A stretch of 64,000 nucleotides of DNA from Utricularia gibba. Taxonomy: Eukaryota > Plantae > Magnoliophyta. Below the pieces are notes generated by a model that was not told the origin of the DNA, made no database searches, and saw only the letters and a list, made by a program, of their open reading frames with translations. The DNA is taken from the NCBI GenBank assembly GCA_002189035.1, contig CM007990.1, forward strand, positions 186,001 through 250,000, given 5' to 3'. The position numbers were made by a program, and so were the translations under genes. How positions within the stretch are numbered: the first letter of the stretch is position 1; every line of letters starts with the position of its first letter. Shown here one piece after another: positions 26,116 to 39,884 of the stretch.

Positions 26116-27186
26116 TCACTCGTCCCTCTTCCCATCGTTCGCTGCCGCTACAGCGGCCTCTATCTTCATCCTTATGTTTTCAGTTTCTTCCTCATCACCC
26201 TACAACATACCCGCATGATTTGACTGTAAATAATTGCACAAAGTTTATAATGGGGCCTTTTGGGATCCCACCAGCAGTCAGATTACCTTTCGTGAAGCAT
26301 ATGTCAAAGTTGATTAAAGTACCTCGATAAAGACAGTCTTGATAAGCTTCCCGGAGGATGCAATTATACTGTCGGTGATGACTCTAAGCTTCAATGATTC
26401 AAATATCTCACACAGTTGAACAATTGTCTCCCTTCCTTCACTGCATGTCATGCTCACAATGATCGTCCCCTGGCCCATGCTCGTCACCCTCAGCTGTCAC
26501 GATGGTAAAAAAAAAAGGATTTTCACCAAATTGTACAGCACCGATATGGAGTAAAGTCCCGTGAAAAAACCTCGAGGAGTTCAATGGGGGAAAGGGTGAT
26601 CTTGCAGTGTTTTTATTCGAGCTGAACGAAGCCCCTTCACGATGAACAGTAATACCGTTGGAATGGTGTCTTCCGGATTCCAACTCCTTGATCTCATCTT
26701 GAATCCTCTTCTCCTCCACTTGGAGTGACTGAATGTAACTGATAGCATCTTTGATGATCGAGGCCTTGTCCATCTGAATCATGATCAAGAATCAAAGCCA
26801 TGTGAATCAAGGGATCAGTTTATGTAAACTCTCCACCTTTGTTATGTTCGGAACCACTGATCTGAGTGCATAGAGCCGCTCGTTAAGCTTCTTCCTCCTG
26901 TTTCTCTCAGAGACAATGTTCTTGGATTCCAGGAGTGACTGCGCTCCATCAGGGGAGCTCGTATCCTCGTAGTTGTAAGAACAGTGTTGCTCTTCTAAGC
27001 TCGAATCATTGCACCCCGACAAGGGATCATCGAAGTAGCTGCAAGAAGTATTTCTGTCAAAAAAAACCGGCAGCCAGAGGAGGAAGACAGAGAACTACCC
27101 CTGCCTGAGTACCTGTCGAACTCCTCGTACTCATGGAACATGTTGTTTTCCCAGTAAGTATTGTAGACATCTTCATTGGAGTCCAT
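26116..27186 (-). CDS. bHLH transcription factor, bHLH35/bHLH27-like (bHLH plus ACT-like domain), 5 exons; one -1 frameshift at G5 26586-26590
   Basis: [30 protein letters not shown] / [17 protein letters not shown]; ACT-like region [17 protein letters not shown]...[10 protein letters not shown]; last exon ...IRMKIEAAV. Confidence 0.85.
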
Positions 27187-27841
27187 TGTAGAGGAGGAGG
27201 AGGAAAAAGAGGCTCTTTGTTGGGAAGGCTGAGATGGTCGGTCAGTTGCCTCACGTGCTTCTTATTATGCGGATTGCTTAGTGCGGTTTTTTTTTTTCAA
27301 CTCTTTTACGTAAATTATCGGAACCAGACAGACAGACATAGTGGGTCCCGGACTGCAACACAAAACTGTCAATTATTGGACTCGTTGGAAAGATCCGAAC
27401 CGTCCACGAAGAACCATTCTCATCCAGATACCGTGCAATACCTTTAACATCACTTTTTTGAGGTTTAAACAAAATACAAAATAAAAAAGGTGGCCGATTT
27501 TCCACCACGCCCAACTCATTCCCATGATTCACAGTAAGAGCGTTTTTAATACTTGGCGTGATTTATTTAATTTTGATAATTTATTTAAAAAAATAAAGGA
27601 GCTAAAAACATAGTTAATCATCAAACTTTAACTATAGTATATGTGAATAATTAATATAAAAATTAATCATGAAGCTTCGAATGCCTGGCAATGAAATCAG
27701 GAAACATAGATATCATCGGGTAACGTTCCAAAAGAAGTTGAGAAACTCCATGGCAGATAACCCAGAAACAAAAAATGGACAAAAAAGGGGAAAGGGGAGC
27801 ATGCGGCTGGAATGCCTTGAAACATCAGATCCAATGGAGCT

Positions 27842-29126
<1,285 letters not shown>

Positions 29127-29682
29127 CTGATGACACAAAACAACGTTACCATCTACCCAAACTAAAGACAAAACCAGAGTTCGGCGAGAGATTTACGTAA
29201 TCATGAGTTTGTAAATGATTCAGTAACATGCATCCTCCAGAAGAATAAATAAAAGCGCATATTATAAGCAAACAATATGATTCACCACGAGATCAAATAT
29301 GAAATACAGCTAATCTAGGTATCCAGAATTCGAACTACAAAAAAAAAAAAAAAACAAGCGAATTTCTCCTTGAAATAGCATACTCAAACAATGCTAAAAA
29401 AATTAATGCATTGACAGCCAACAGACGCATACGAAATGAATAAAACAAGAAACACAACTAATCCAGATGCCCAAAACCTAATACAAACCAAAACCGATTT
29501 CTCCCTTTCGACTAGCATCACCAGACTAAAGTAATACAACATAAATGAATCAACAGTCACAGAAAGCAAATGACATTATCGACCGCAGATCTTCAAATCC
29601 ATGAATACATCAGCAAAACAGAAGTAAGAATCCTACCTGAAAAGGCGAACGAGAGTCCAAGCAAAATTCGGCGGCAGAGGCT

Positions 29683-29770
29683 TTAAACCCTACTTCAGTT
29701 TAATACCCCCGACGTAACAATAAAGCTGGGTGTCACATATTGGCCCGAATATGATCTTAGTATATGGGCC
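29683..29770. promoter_or_regulatory. RPL7 proximal promoter: telo-box-like AAACCCTA plus site II (TGGGCC)
   Basis: AAACCCTAC at ~29684-29692 and TGGGCC at ~29765-29770, upstream of the RPL7 5'UTR exon. The telo-box plus site II combination is typical of plant ribosomal protein promoters. Confidence 0.5.
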
Positions 29771-30193
29771 GCTATTTTCTTTGGAAGCCCACTTCTTTTT
29801 TTTAAATAAAATTTATAATTACGGTAACAAACAGCGCGTGAACTCTCTCCCAAAGCCGAGAGTAGAGAACCCTTCTGTATCAAATGGATCTCTTCTTCGT
29901 CTTCAATGTTGCATGGCCCAACATTTTTGTTGGTGGTAGCGTTTGCGCAACTCCATTTGAGCCCAGGACTCCGACACGCAGAGGGACACGTGACCGTTGT
30001 CCACTTCCCCATAATTCTACATTTAGCAGGCTACCGTATCCTGCATCTGTTATGGGCTGCGGTATCGTTACTTCAACAGAATTTCTACTTCTCGTGATTA
30101 CACGTTGAAAAACGATTCATTATTCATGGGTATGCTGCTCTGCTCGGCAGTCCAAGTTTCGGAATGAATGATGGCAAAAAGGGTGGAAGCAAA

Positions 30194-32844
30194 TCACATC
30201 TCAGAGAGAAGATTGCTGATCTTTCTTAGCTCCTTCAAGGCGGTTAAGGCTGTAACCTGTCCCTTCCCGACAAGTCCATGTTTTGCAATGTTTTCTAGCA
30301 AACCTGTCTGTCCACGGTTGTCCATCTGAAACGCACCCTCGATCACCTGTTATATACCAACAAAGCACTATGGTTAGGCAGGTGAAGAATGGATGCAACT
30401 CCTGCTATTGGATTCTGTATCAAACCTGAATGTTTTCTAGCATAGATTGACCGAGATTCTTCAAGCTGATGATCGAGTTCGGGTCCATATTTCCCACTTT
30501 GTTCCTAGCAGTGGAGGCATCAGTTTCATTAGCATCGTTGCTTTTGCTTGTTCTCTGACAGGTTCCCTCTTCGAGCTTTCGACCAAAACTCCGGAACCAA
30601 TGGAATTTACTTGGGGTTTCCACTCGGGTTTTTGTCTCAGGTTCTGAATCAAGGTCGTCAGCTAGGACACATTTTGAAGAGGCAGCATCAGGAAGATCTG
30701 ACATAGGAAGAGGAAAAGAAGATGGCAATTCTGGATTCGAGGTCTCATTATCTTCGACATATGAGTTTGATGCAATGCTGCTTCCATCTGATTCATTCTC
30801 AATCAAACCATGAATAGGTGTAATGAAATTCATAGAGTCGGAGGAATCTACTTCACTTGCAGAAGCGTTTGAGGTTCTCGCAGCAAGCTTAACATCGGGC
30901 ACTTTGTCTTCTTCTTCACCTAAAGTAAGTTGCTTTTCCAAATCGTTCAGTAAGCTCCTCCTAACAGAGGACACTCGTATTTTTTTGCTTTCATCTCTTT
31001 TGGACGGCGAGGGATCAGATGCAGTTCTCAACAAACCTTTGATGCGGTTTGCAAAACTTCGCTCTCCTGCAATGCTCTTCCTTTCTTTTTCTTCTTCCTT
31101 GTGCAAATCTCTCCACTTCTTTTCCCAATAACTGTTCAGAGGAGTTCTTGGAGAAGTTGAATCTGGAGAAGAAGTGGTATGAGCTTGTGAAAAATTGGCA
31201 TTGATCGCCACAGAAAGTAATGAGTTAGCCTTCTCCAGAAGTTTCTCAAGCTTTACATCTTCTGGATAATTCAATAGCTTCTGAAGAGAAGTAGTTGCAA
31301 TCTCAGATGCAAGCAACGATGACCTCAAGTTCACTATCATGGAAACCGCAAAGGCACAAATGAATGCTCCTCTGCCTGACTCCAAAACCTCAAAGCTGGA
31401 CTCTGGATCATTGATGGGGTTTTCCTTGTTGCATTTCGCATTTTCATGTGCAAATATTTCATCCCAGATGATCAAAAGATCTTCCAAAAGAAATTCACGG
31501 CCAAATAATACCCGGAGCCAGCGAAGTGCAAAATACTGAGGCTCAACTCCAAGTTCAACCAGATGGCTGTGAAGAGATGAATCCGTAATAGAAAGCAAGT
31601 GGTATATGGCACGAGAGGCTCCAATAACAGGAGACACCCCATTGCGCAGGATTGAAGGATTGAAAAACTCTGCCATGGCAACAGAACCACCAGCTCCACT
31701 CATAAGAGCATCAAACATGGAATATGCATCATGCTCCATGAACTTTTCTGATAAAACAACACCAAGTTCGCCTTCAGCTCCGTAGGCATCACCTAACAGA
31801 ACTACGGTTTGTATCTCAGGATCGAGTTCACTGAGACTTGCATGGTCAGCAGAACCATTTCCAAATCCAATCCCATCTTCAGAGAACTTCTTGAAATCAA
31901 ATTTGTAAGAAAAATCGTCTTCATGGTATGAAAATCCATCAAACTTGTCAGCAAAATGGTTTTCATATGCTTTCCTCACTTCTGATAAGCGTTTTGCATC
32001 CACGTGAAGAACATATAACAAAGGAGCCAAAAGCTCATGCATTCCTGTGAACATAAGATGACAATTTTTTTAGGTAAAGTGAGTGGCAAAAGAAACGAAA
32101 ATAGGGCGAAGAACCTGTCATAATTTCTTAAGACACCAACGCAAAAAATATTCATATGCAGGATAACTCTGTTCCATATTTCTAAAGTAACCCACCTTGC
32201 CTGTAGCCATGTTCTGAGTGTGTAAGACACCAGAGCAGCAAAATTCTCCTTAACATCCCTTGGCATCCACTGGCTTGAAAATAGTTTCCTCTTTCAGGAT
32301 ATAGCCGTGATAGATCTTGATCAAGCATTCTCTCCAGTTCCGCATTTTGGAAGAAGCGTCCCCACATGCTATCTGCGTGGCATACATCAGAGATGAACAA
32401 TCGCATCAGACATCGCAGAACTTGTAAAGTTCACTAAATGATGAAACGAAACCATACCGGGATTCTGGGACAAAGGATTGTCGATGACAGGACCATTTGA
32501 ACTGATTTCTTCTTTAGAAACATGAGGGTCTATAAGAAGCCTTCTCCTTAAAGTTGCATATCTGTATGCAAATAAAAGACAACATCAGCATAAGAAGGCC
32601 TGCAAAAGAATACAAGACACAATGCCCTGCGAAGAAGGGAAGGGAAAATTGGAAATGGTGACATATACCTTCTGCGAGAATCTGCTGTTACCCTGCGGAG
32701 ATCATCAATTGATGCCGAAGGAGAAGACGGCAAAATTCCCAAACCCATACGCCACCTGACACCTCTAAGATTTCCATAGCGACGCGACTCATCGGAGCAA
32801 TATGCCGTCCCAAGATTCGAAGCTTCTGGAATTCCTACCGGCAT
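30194..32844 (-). CDS. TBC-domain Rab GTPase-activating protein (TBC1D5-like), multi-exon
   Basis: NLRGVRWRMGLGILP, DLRRVTADSRRR, LERMLDQDLSRLYPE, GYRQGMHELLAP, EKFMEHDAY, HLVELGVEPQYFALRWLRVLFGREF; last exon ...TALTALKELRKISNLLSEM*. Confidence 0.92.
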
Positions 32845-35800
32845 GTATTACAATTTCTTCTTCTCTTCGTTTCTCGGCTCTCACCCCACAAATCAACCCG
32901 AAATTCTCACAGAATCAAACACAAGGCTCCCTGCGCAATCTTATTCAAAGGCGCACCCTTTCCAATTGCCCAGAGCCCTTACCTACCTTCCCGCAACAAA
33001 CGGAGCACACCCAATATCTATGTGATTCAATCGCCGAAGAAGGCCGATATTTGGAGCCCAGGAATCACAATTGCAAGTAAAACCCGTGAATCTACTCAGG
33101 AATAACAAGTCAAATAGAAACGAAAACGGAAAACCCAATAATCATAGCCATAAACACAAGGTTTAAGACGCAGGAAACAGAAAAATGGGTAGCCGTAATT
33201 CCATGATACAAATCGAACTCCGGAAATCCTTGAAGCAATGAGAGCCGTGGACGGTGAGAAAAGAGTCTCACGAATGATTCCCACATGCCCAAATAGATGC
33301 TTTTAGTTGACAAGCCAACGAAAGCCGGCACTAACGCAGAAGATCAGAATTTTGTTTTTCCTTGTAAAACAAACCGACGAATGGGAACCGTGTCAACTTC
33401 CAGTTGAATAAAAACTTCGACCCAAACTCCAACCCCTCATTGGGCTGCAGTCTTTTCGCATTAGGCACGCTGTCCACTCTCCGTTTCTCTTAAATAATTG
33501 GCTTTCTAATTTTATTACCAATTTCTAAGGTTCTTGCATCCTTTTCACTTTCGGTCCTATTGTTTATGATGCACAAGCCACAGGAATTTCGGTTTCTTCA
33601 CCAACACTTCAGAAGGGCTACTACACCCTTCTAAGGTCCTCCAACTTCAATTCCATGACACCCTTAATTCCCTTCTGGTCAAATTACACAACTTGGGGTG
33701 AAGGCTTTCCTGTCCGTAGGGGCGGGCAAACGGCTATTATTTCAAGCATATCCACAGTGAGGTGGAGATGGCGTGGCGTTGTACTCCTCTCACTGCCAAA
33801 GTCGTCATGCTGGCACCATTTAATAACACTAATATTTCCTTTTTATTTTTTCAAAACAACCATTGGAACTTGTCCGAAGGGGCCACTGTAATAATAACAT
33901 GCAATAAAACTACGTTATCAAATAAATGGAGATCTACACTGAAAATGGCCTTTAATAATCGCTCCACCAACACGTACACGTCATCGTTTATGGTGATTAG
34001 TGGTGGTCACGTTAATCACTTTCCGCCATATAATAAATTATTATAAAACTGCCGAGTGTTCATCGACCCAACAAGAAGGCGCCACCTGGAAATCACTCTC
34101 CGCCTTGGAACTACTACATGCTTGGGGGGCGTGCGTTTCTATTCAAGTCCTAAACCCTAAAATAATCATGATCAAGATCATAATTAATCGAGAATTAGAG
34201 GGCCTAAGCAGAACCCATCCCATTGCCTCTGTGACGCACGGCACAGCGGGCATGATGGATATTCGGCTTGGGGTAATGCTGCTGCTATTGAGTAGATAGA
34301 TGGAGGGCATTGGCGCTAATGGCTGGGATTATGAGCTGTGGATAGGGACGAGGACGCTGAATTATTAGGTAGTGGACCGCCCTGGACCCTGACGCGCATC
34401 CAGTCACGACCCTGACCGAGCCTAATTTCCGTTAAAACTTAGTAAATGCACGCCCCTTTCTCCCCCCCCCCCCCCCCGGTTCCCTTAATAAGCATGGGTC
34501 CGTGTTGCACCCCACTCGGGCTCGGGTATTGGCTGGATGGACTTCATCCATCCTTGCTATACTCTCTAGAGATTAATAGATTTAGTAAGATGATCATGTA
34601 AATCTTGTATGATTAATTTTCTTAATTATGATGAAGTTTTCATTAATATGACTTTCAAAGTTAAACATACATGTTTTAAAATAGATTATAATGTAAATTT
34701 CTTAACTTAGTATGTATGATAGAACGTACGAATGATCATTTTTTCTAATTCATCTACTGTAAAATAATCTTAGTGTATGGGATCTTTTGAAAAACTTGTA
34801 ACAAAAAATGAGTGAAATATAAAACATAAAGATTTGAGAATCCAAAGTGGAAAATATTTTTCGCCGTTCGTTTGAGGTTGCGAATCCGCGTTTCTTGATT
34901 GGGGGGGTTGTTTCAAGTGTGTGTGTCTAGAATTAATTAGGCACATGTGAGCACGACATGATGCCACATACATGTCCGAGACTGAATCACATGTGCGAAT
35001 TGGGAAGGGAACAAGCATGGGAACGAGGCCGGCCCACCAGAGACGAGAGATGCATGAATCATTGCGCCGAGTCCGCCGAATCTTAAATGACGGTGTCGCC
35101 GCACTCAACTCCCCTCCTACATTATTTTGTGCGAGTTCTGTAGCTGGGAACCGCAACGGGGAAGCAGCAGCAGCAGCAGCACCAATTATTCCCAACTCCT
35201 TCAATCTGTGTAAGAATATCATGGATGCCCTGCCCTGCCCAGCCCATCCCAGCTGTCCATCTCCCCCATACCCCCTCCAGCTATCGTGCGCCACTTGCGG
35301 CATTTTTTCACCTACTTATCTGTCCAGTATCCTACGCGGCTTCCTTGTTTTTATTTTTTAAATATTATTATTATTCAAAGCAATAAAGAAGAACACGGGG
35401 CGGTGGGTCCCAGCTCCAATAGAAATATGACTTATAGCCTAAAATTCGAAATATAAATTTTTTTTGTGGATTTAATTAGAAGTAATATTTAAGGTCATTG
35501 ATTTATGTAAATTTAATCTAATGTCATGTCAACACAAAACCATTAATTTATTCTGAAGTGGGGGGGATTCTAGAAACGTGCCTAATTTAAAGTGTAGGGT
35601 TTGACGATGACATGTTTGACTTTCAATTTTTGAATTTGCATTATTGTGACCATTTTGGCCTATTTTAAAGTTTGAATGTTCACTACTCTTACCAGGATGT
35701 TAAGACACACACAATACGGAATTAGTAATAACATCCAAGGTTAAAAAACCGTAATAAAGCGTGGGTGTAAAAATAAATTATAAAAATCAAAAGTTGCAGG

Positions 35801-36112
35801 CTTGGAGCCAAGCCCGTGGGTGGCTCGGCTGCAAACTGCATTTCCATGCAAATGCTTGAATTTACAGCGAAGAAATTTAAAAGAGCTGGTTAGCCATGAG
35901 CTGGATCCCACTGGCTGGCTGGCTGGCTTCTCTCTCTTTTCCCTTGTACGGTAAAACCCACACCCGACTGCGCTATACGCGCCGCTTCGCGTCTTCTTCT
36001 TCAATTTCTCGTCCTCCAGGCGCATAAATACGATCTCCGTCTACTCGCCTTTCGCATTCCTTCAATCTCGGCAACCCTAAATCTCCGGATTCAACTACAT
36101 TGTTCTTGCGCG

Positions 36113-37118
36113 ATGAAGTTGGTGATTTTGAGGTTTTTTCTCTTACTAGTTCTCGCTCACGCCTCTAATTTCCAGAGAGACTTCGAAATTACATGGGGAC
36201 ACGGCAATGCTAGAGTTCTCGACTCCGGGAACCTTGTCAGTCTTTCGCTGGACAGAATTACGGGATCTGGTTTTGAATCGAAGAACGAGTTTCTCTACGG
36301 GAAGATTGATATTCAGATGAAGCTTGTTCCAGGGAATTCTGCAGGAACCGTCGCGGCTATTTACGTGCGTTCATTTTCAAATCTGGGTTTTTCCTTGTTT
36401 CGTTTATTTTCAACTGATTTCTCCACCCCCCTCCTGCTGCAGTTTTCATCTTTGGGAGCGACTCACGACGAGATCGATCTTGAATTCCTCGGTAATCTCA
36501 CTGGGCAGCCTTACACTCTTCACACAAATGTGTTTACACAAGGCAGAGGTGGTAGAGAACAGCAGTTTTATCTCTGGTTTGATCCAACGAAAGACTTCCA
36601 CACATACTCCATTCTCTGGAATCCCCAAATGATCAAGTGAGTACCACATGAATCCACCGTTCTGTTTCCTTGTATTCAAAGAGTGCGTGAAGGAACAAGC
36701 TCGATTTCGAAATGCCCGTCTGATGAATGTGCTTGAAAACAGGTTCATGGTAGATGGCGTACCAGTTAGACAGTACAAGAACTTGAAATCGTTGGGGATA
36801 CCGTATCCAACGAATCAACCAATGAGGATTTACGGCAGTATATGGAATGCAGATAGCTGGGCAACCAGAGGAGGACTGGTGAAGACGAATTGGAGTCATG
36901 CTCCATTCACTGCTTCATTCAGAAACTTCCATACATTGTCTTGTCTAGGCACTAAGTCCAGTGATTGCTCTCTTACAAACTCGTGGTTTTCCGAGTCGTT
37001 GGACAGTACAGAGGAGCAGAGGATGAAGTCGGTGCGGCAGAAGTACATGGTTTACGATTACTGTAGTGATTCCAAGCGATTTACAAGAGGGTTTCCTGGT
37101 GAATGCACAATGGCTTGA
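36113..37118 (+). CDS. XTH: Xyloglucan endotransglucosylase/hydrolase (GH16, group I/II), 3 exons
   Basis: Exons 36113-36364, 36443-36636 and 36743-37118. Catalytic motif [11 protein letters not shown]; [12 protein letters not shown]; [11 protein letters not shown]; [10 protein letters not shown]. Confidence 0.95.
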
Positions 37119-38885
37119 TTACTGATTTTTTCATTTTGATTCATAGTTCAATGCAGATACAGTTTCTTAGCAGAACATTTCAAACTGGTAACCAACTTAC
37201 AGAACAGAAAAGGCCTCAGCAAACATGTTCAGAAAATGGAAATCCTCCATTAACAGCATGATTGATTACCAACTTGAAAAAACCTGGGAACGCAGCGTAT
37301 TTCAAAAGGCCGAAATTCCCATAGTGATATGGTCGTTTGTTTCGATCTACTTTGCTATCCACATCCTCTTTGAGACCTGATGCTTGGCTCAATGCTCGCC
37401 ATCCCATTGATCCATAGAAGTGGGGTAGGCTGAAGGAACCATCTTGCATTAACTAATCCAAATATGATTCTTAGGATTCTTCAACACCCAAACCTAAGCT
37501 CCAACACAAACAATTCACCTCATATTTCCTCTTAAGATGCGCGACATGAATCTAAACAGAGTACAGAAAGCATCATAGTTCCAATATTCTCATTTTCCAG
37601 ATCAAAAGACAGGTGCTGTATGATGATCATCATCATCTTGAAGGAGTTCCAGCATAATGAATCCAGTAGAACCCGCCAGTAATGCAGTTCCTCGAACCAT
37701 GGGGCAAATAGCATCTACACCTTGCCATTCACAGTCCTCCCCATCCTTCAACCTGAGCACCTGCCAACTCAGGTGTGAATCTGAACTCCAATCAAACAAA
37801 TTGCCCTGGGCCACACGGGAATCACAAGCATAAAGCCCACGGATTTCACTTTCTATGCAAGAATATCTGCGTGAAGATCAGAACCCTCCACAGAAAAAAA
37901 AAAAATCGGCATCCTTGCTAAGGCCTATTAAAAAATAACTATTCTTGTCCTGGCATTGACCCCCAGTCGTGTAAAAGCACCACAACCCTTCACTAAAAGG
38001 TAACTCGGATTTCTCAAGCATGCTCTTTATGCAGTGAAACGAAGCTCGGATCCACAATTATTTGAATCCATTTTTTAGCAACGCCATTTAAACTTACTCC
38101 ACCGGAAGCAAGCCATGGAAGGACATCGATGAGGAAGCCCGCCGACCTCCCCCACACCCACGAAATGAAGAGGCGGCACAAAGGGATTAACTCAGATTTC
38201 TCTCAACTCCCCAGTCCCCCCTCAAAAAGCCTCATATTTCACGAGTTGCCCACCCCATTCCAAAAATAAGCAGAAGAAGCAATATTCGATGGAAGTCGTC
38301 TTCATTGAAACGTTGGTATGTCACGCCGTGGTGGCAGATGCTCTCGATGTTCTTCCTCATCCCAACTCTGCGCCACTCGATGGTAACCAGGTAGATATTT
38401 TCTAGTCGTATTCGTATTATATAGAGAAATATTTTAAAACTAATTTTATTATTTAAACATGATTGATTTTTATTTTAAAAAAAGTAAAAAATAATTTTAA
38501 GAAATTGAAAAACTTCAAATTTAATATTTTCAAAATTATTTATCGAAAATATTTTCTCAGAATATATACTAAAGAGAACGATAGTCATGTTACGGTATAC
38601 TTAGTAAAAGTCAATGATCGGGAAGTAGATAGCGTGAGCTACCCTACCTTTACTAAATTATAAAACACGAAAATATCATGCCATTAGTTTATTTAATAAT
38701 AATCGAAATAATGCTCGAAAGCGTAGGATAGATGAGCGACTTGTCAGCACATCTGAGCCGTCCAATATCACCAATCATCGATTCTTCCTCCACTTGGTCC
38801 GAATACACCTTGTCCGAAGGCATCCTCTATATAGTACCTCCCTCGCCATTACCGGAGTGCAGGCACCACTAAGACAAATCTCGCC

Positions 38886-39576
38886 ATGTCGGAGGAGCGC
38901 CACCACCACCACCACCACCACCGTAGAGAGGAGGAATACGGCGGCTACTCGGAAACCCCCTACAACGCCTACGGTGGTGGTTACGCTCCCAACGGTTACG
39001 GCTACCAGACCTACCCCATGCCCACCGGCGGAGGTTACGACTCCGGCGTCTATCAGCGTGCAGGTGTTATTTATTTGAAAGATATGAATCGAAGTAGAAC
39101 GTGCATAAACGGCTGTATTAACCGTGATTGTAAGTAACATCAGGGGACAACCCGGATTATCCAATCGGCTTTCAAGCCCCCGCCGTCTTTCAACCCAGCG
39201 GCTACGCCGTCGAGCAGCAGCGTTATGAGGAGTACGAGAGGGAGAGGAAGGAGCATAAGCACAAGGAGCATCAGGGAGAGCTCGGCGCCTTAGCTGCAGG
39301 AGCTTTCGCCTTGGTGAGGGATTTTGGAGACGTTCTGGTTACTGTACACCCAAGTTGATTGCTCTTTTTTTTCTTATTCGGTGTGCGCAGTACGAGAGGC
39401 ACGAAGAGAAGAAGGATCCTGAGCACGCACGCAGGCACAAGATCGAGGAGGGCCTCGCGGAGGCCGCCGCCGCGGGAGCCGGCGGCTACGCCTTGTACGA
39501 GCATCACGAGAGCAACAAGTACAAGAACGAGGAAGAGTACGGTGAGGGAAGGAAGCACCACCACCGTTTCTTCTAG
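38886..39576 (+). CDS. ASR: ASR (ABA/WDS-induced) protein with a Tyr/Gly/Pro-rich N-terminal extension, 3 exons
   Basis: Exons 38886-39063, 39144-39312 and 39391-39576. [21 protein letters not shown] / [40 protein letters not shown]; His-rich termini. Confidence 0.88.
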
Positions 39577-39884
39577 TGTGATCATGCGCCCCTTAAGTAT
39601 ACTACTACCTGTGTGGTCTGTGTCGGTACTACTAACAGAGAAGAATAAGGAACAATCTCCTAATCCCATCGGGTTAAGGTTGATTGATCCTAATTACCAT
39701 GTAATTGTCTTCTTAATCATGCTATGAATATTAAGTGCCGTGTGCTAAAGGCTATAGAACCCGTGCGAGCCATCATTTTTTACTTTTCGGACAATTTTAA
39801 TTTGAAATATATAACCGTAAAATTAAAATTTAATTCATTCAATCAAAACGTATCTTAGTTAGGTAATTATTACAGGTAATCAGT

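Noticed and set aside
36468-36494. XTH catalytic motif variant DEIDLEFLG and 3-exon structure
   Set aside because: The catalytic Glu/Asp residues are intact, and 3-exon group II XTHs are known.
37216-38400. Minus-strand ORF fragments between XTH and ASR
   Set aside because: No recognisable family and no consistent exon chain. It may be a decayed gene or lncRNA, but this is unsupported.
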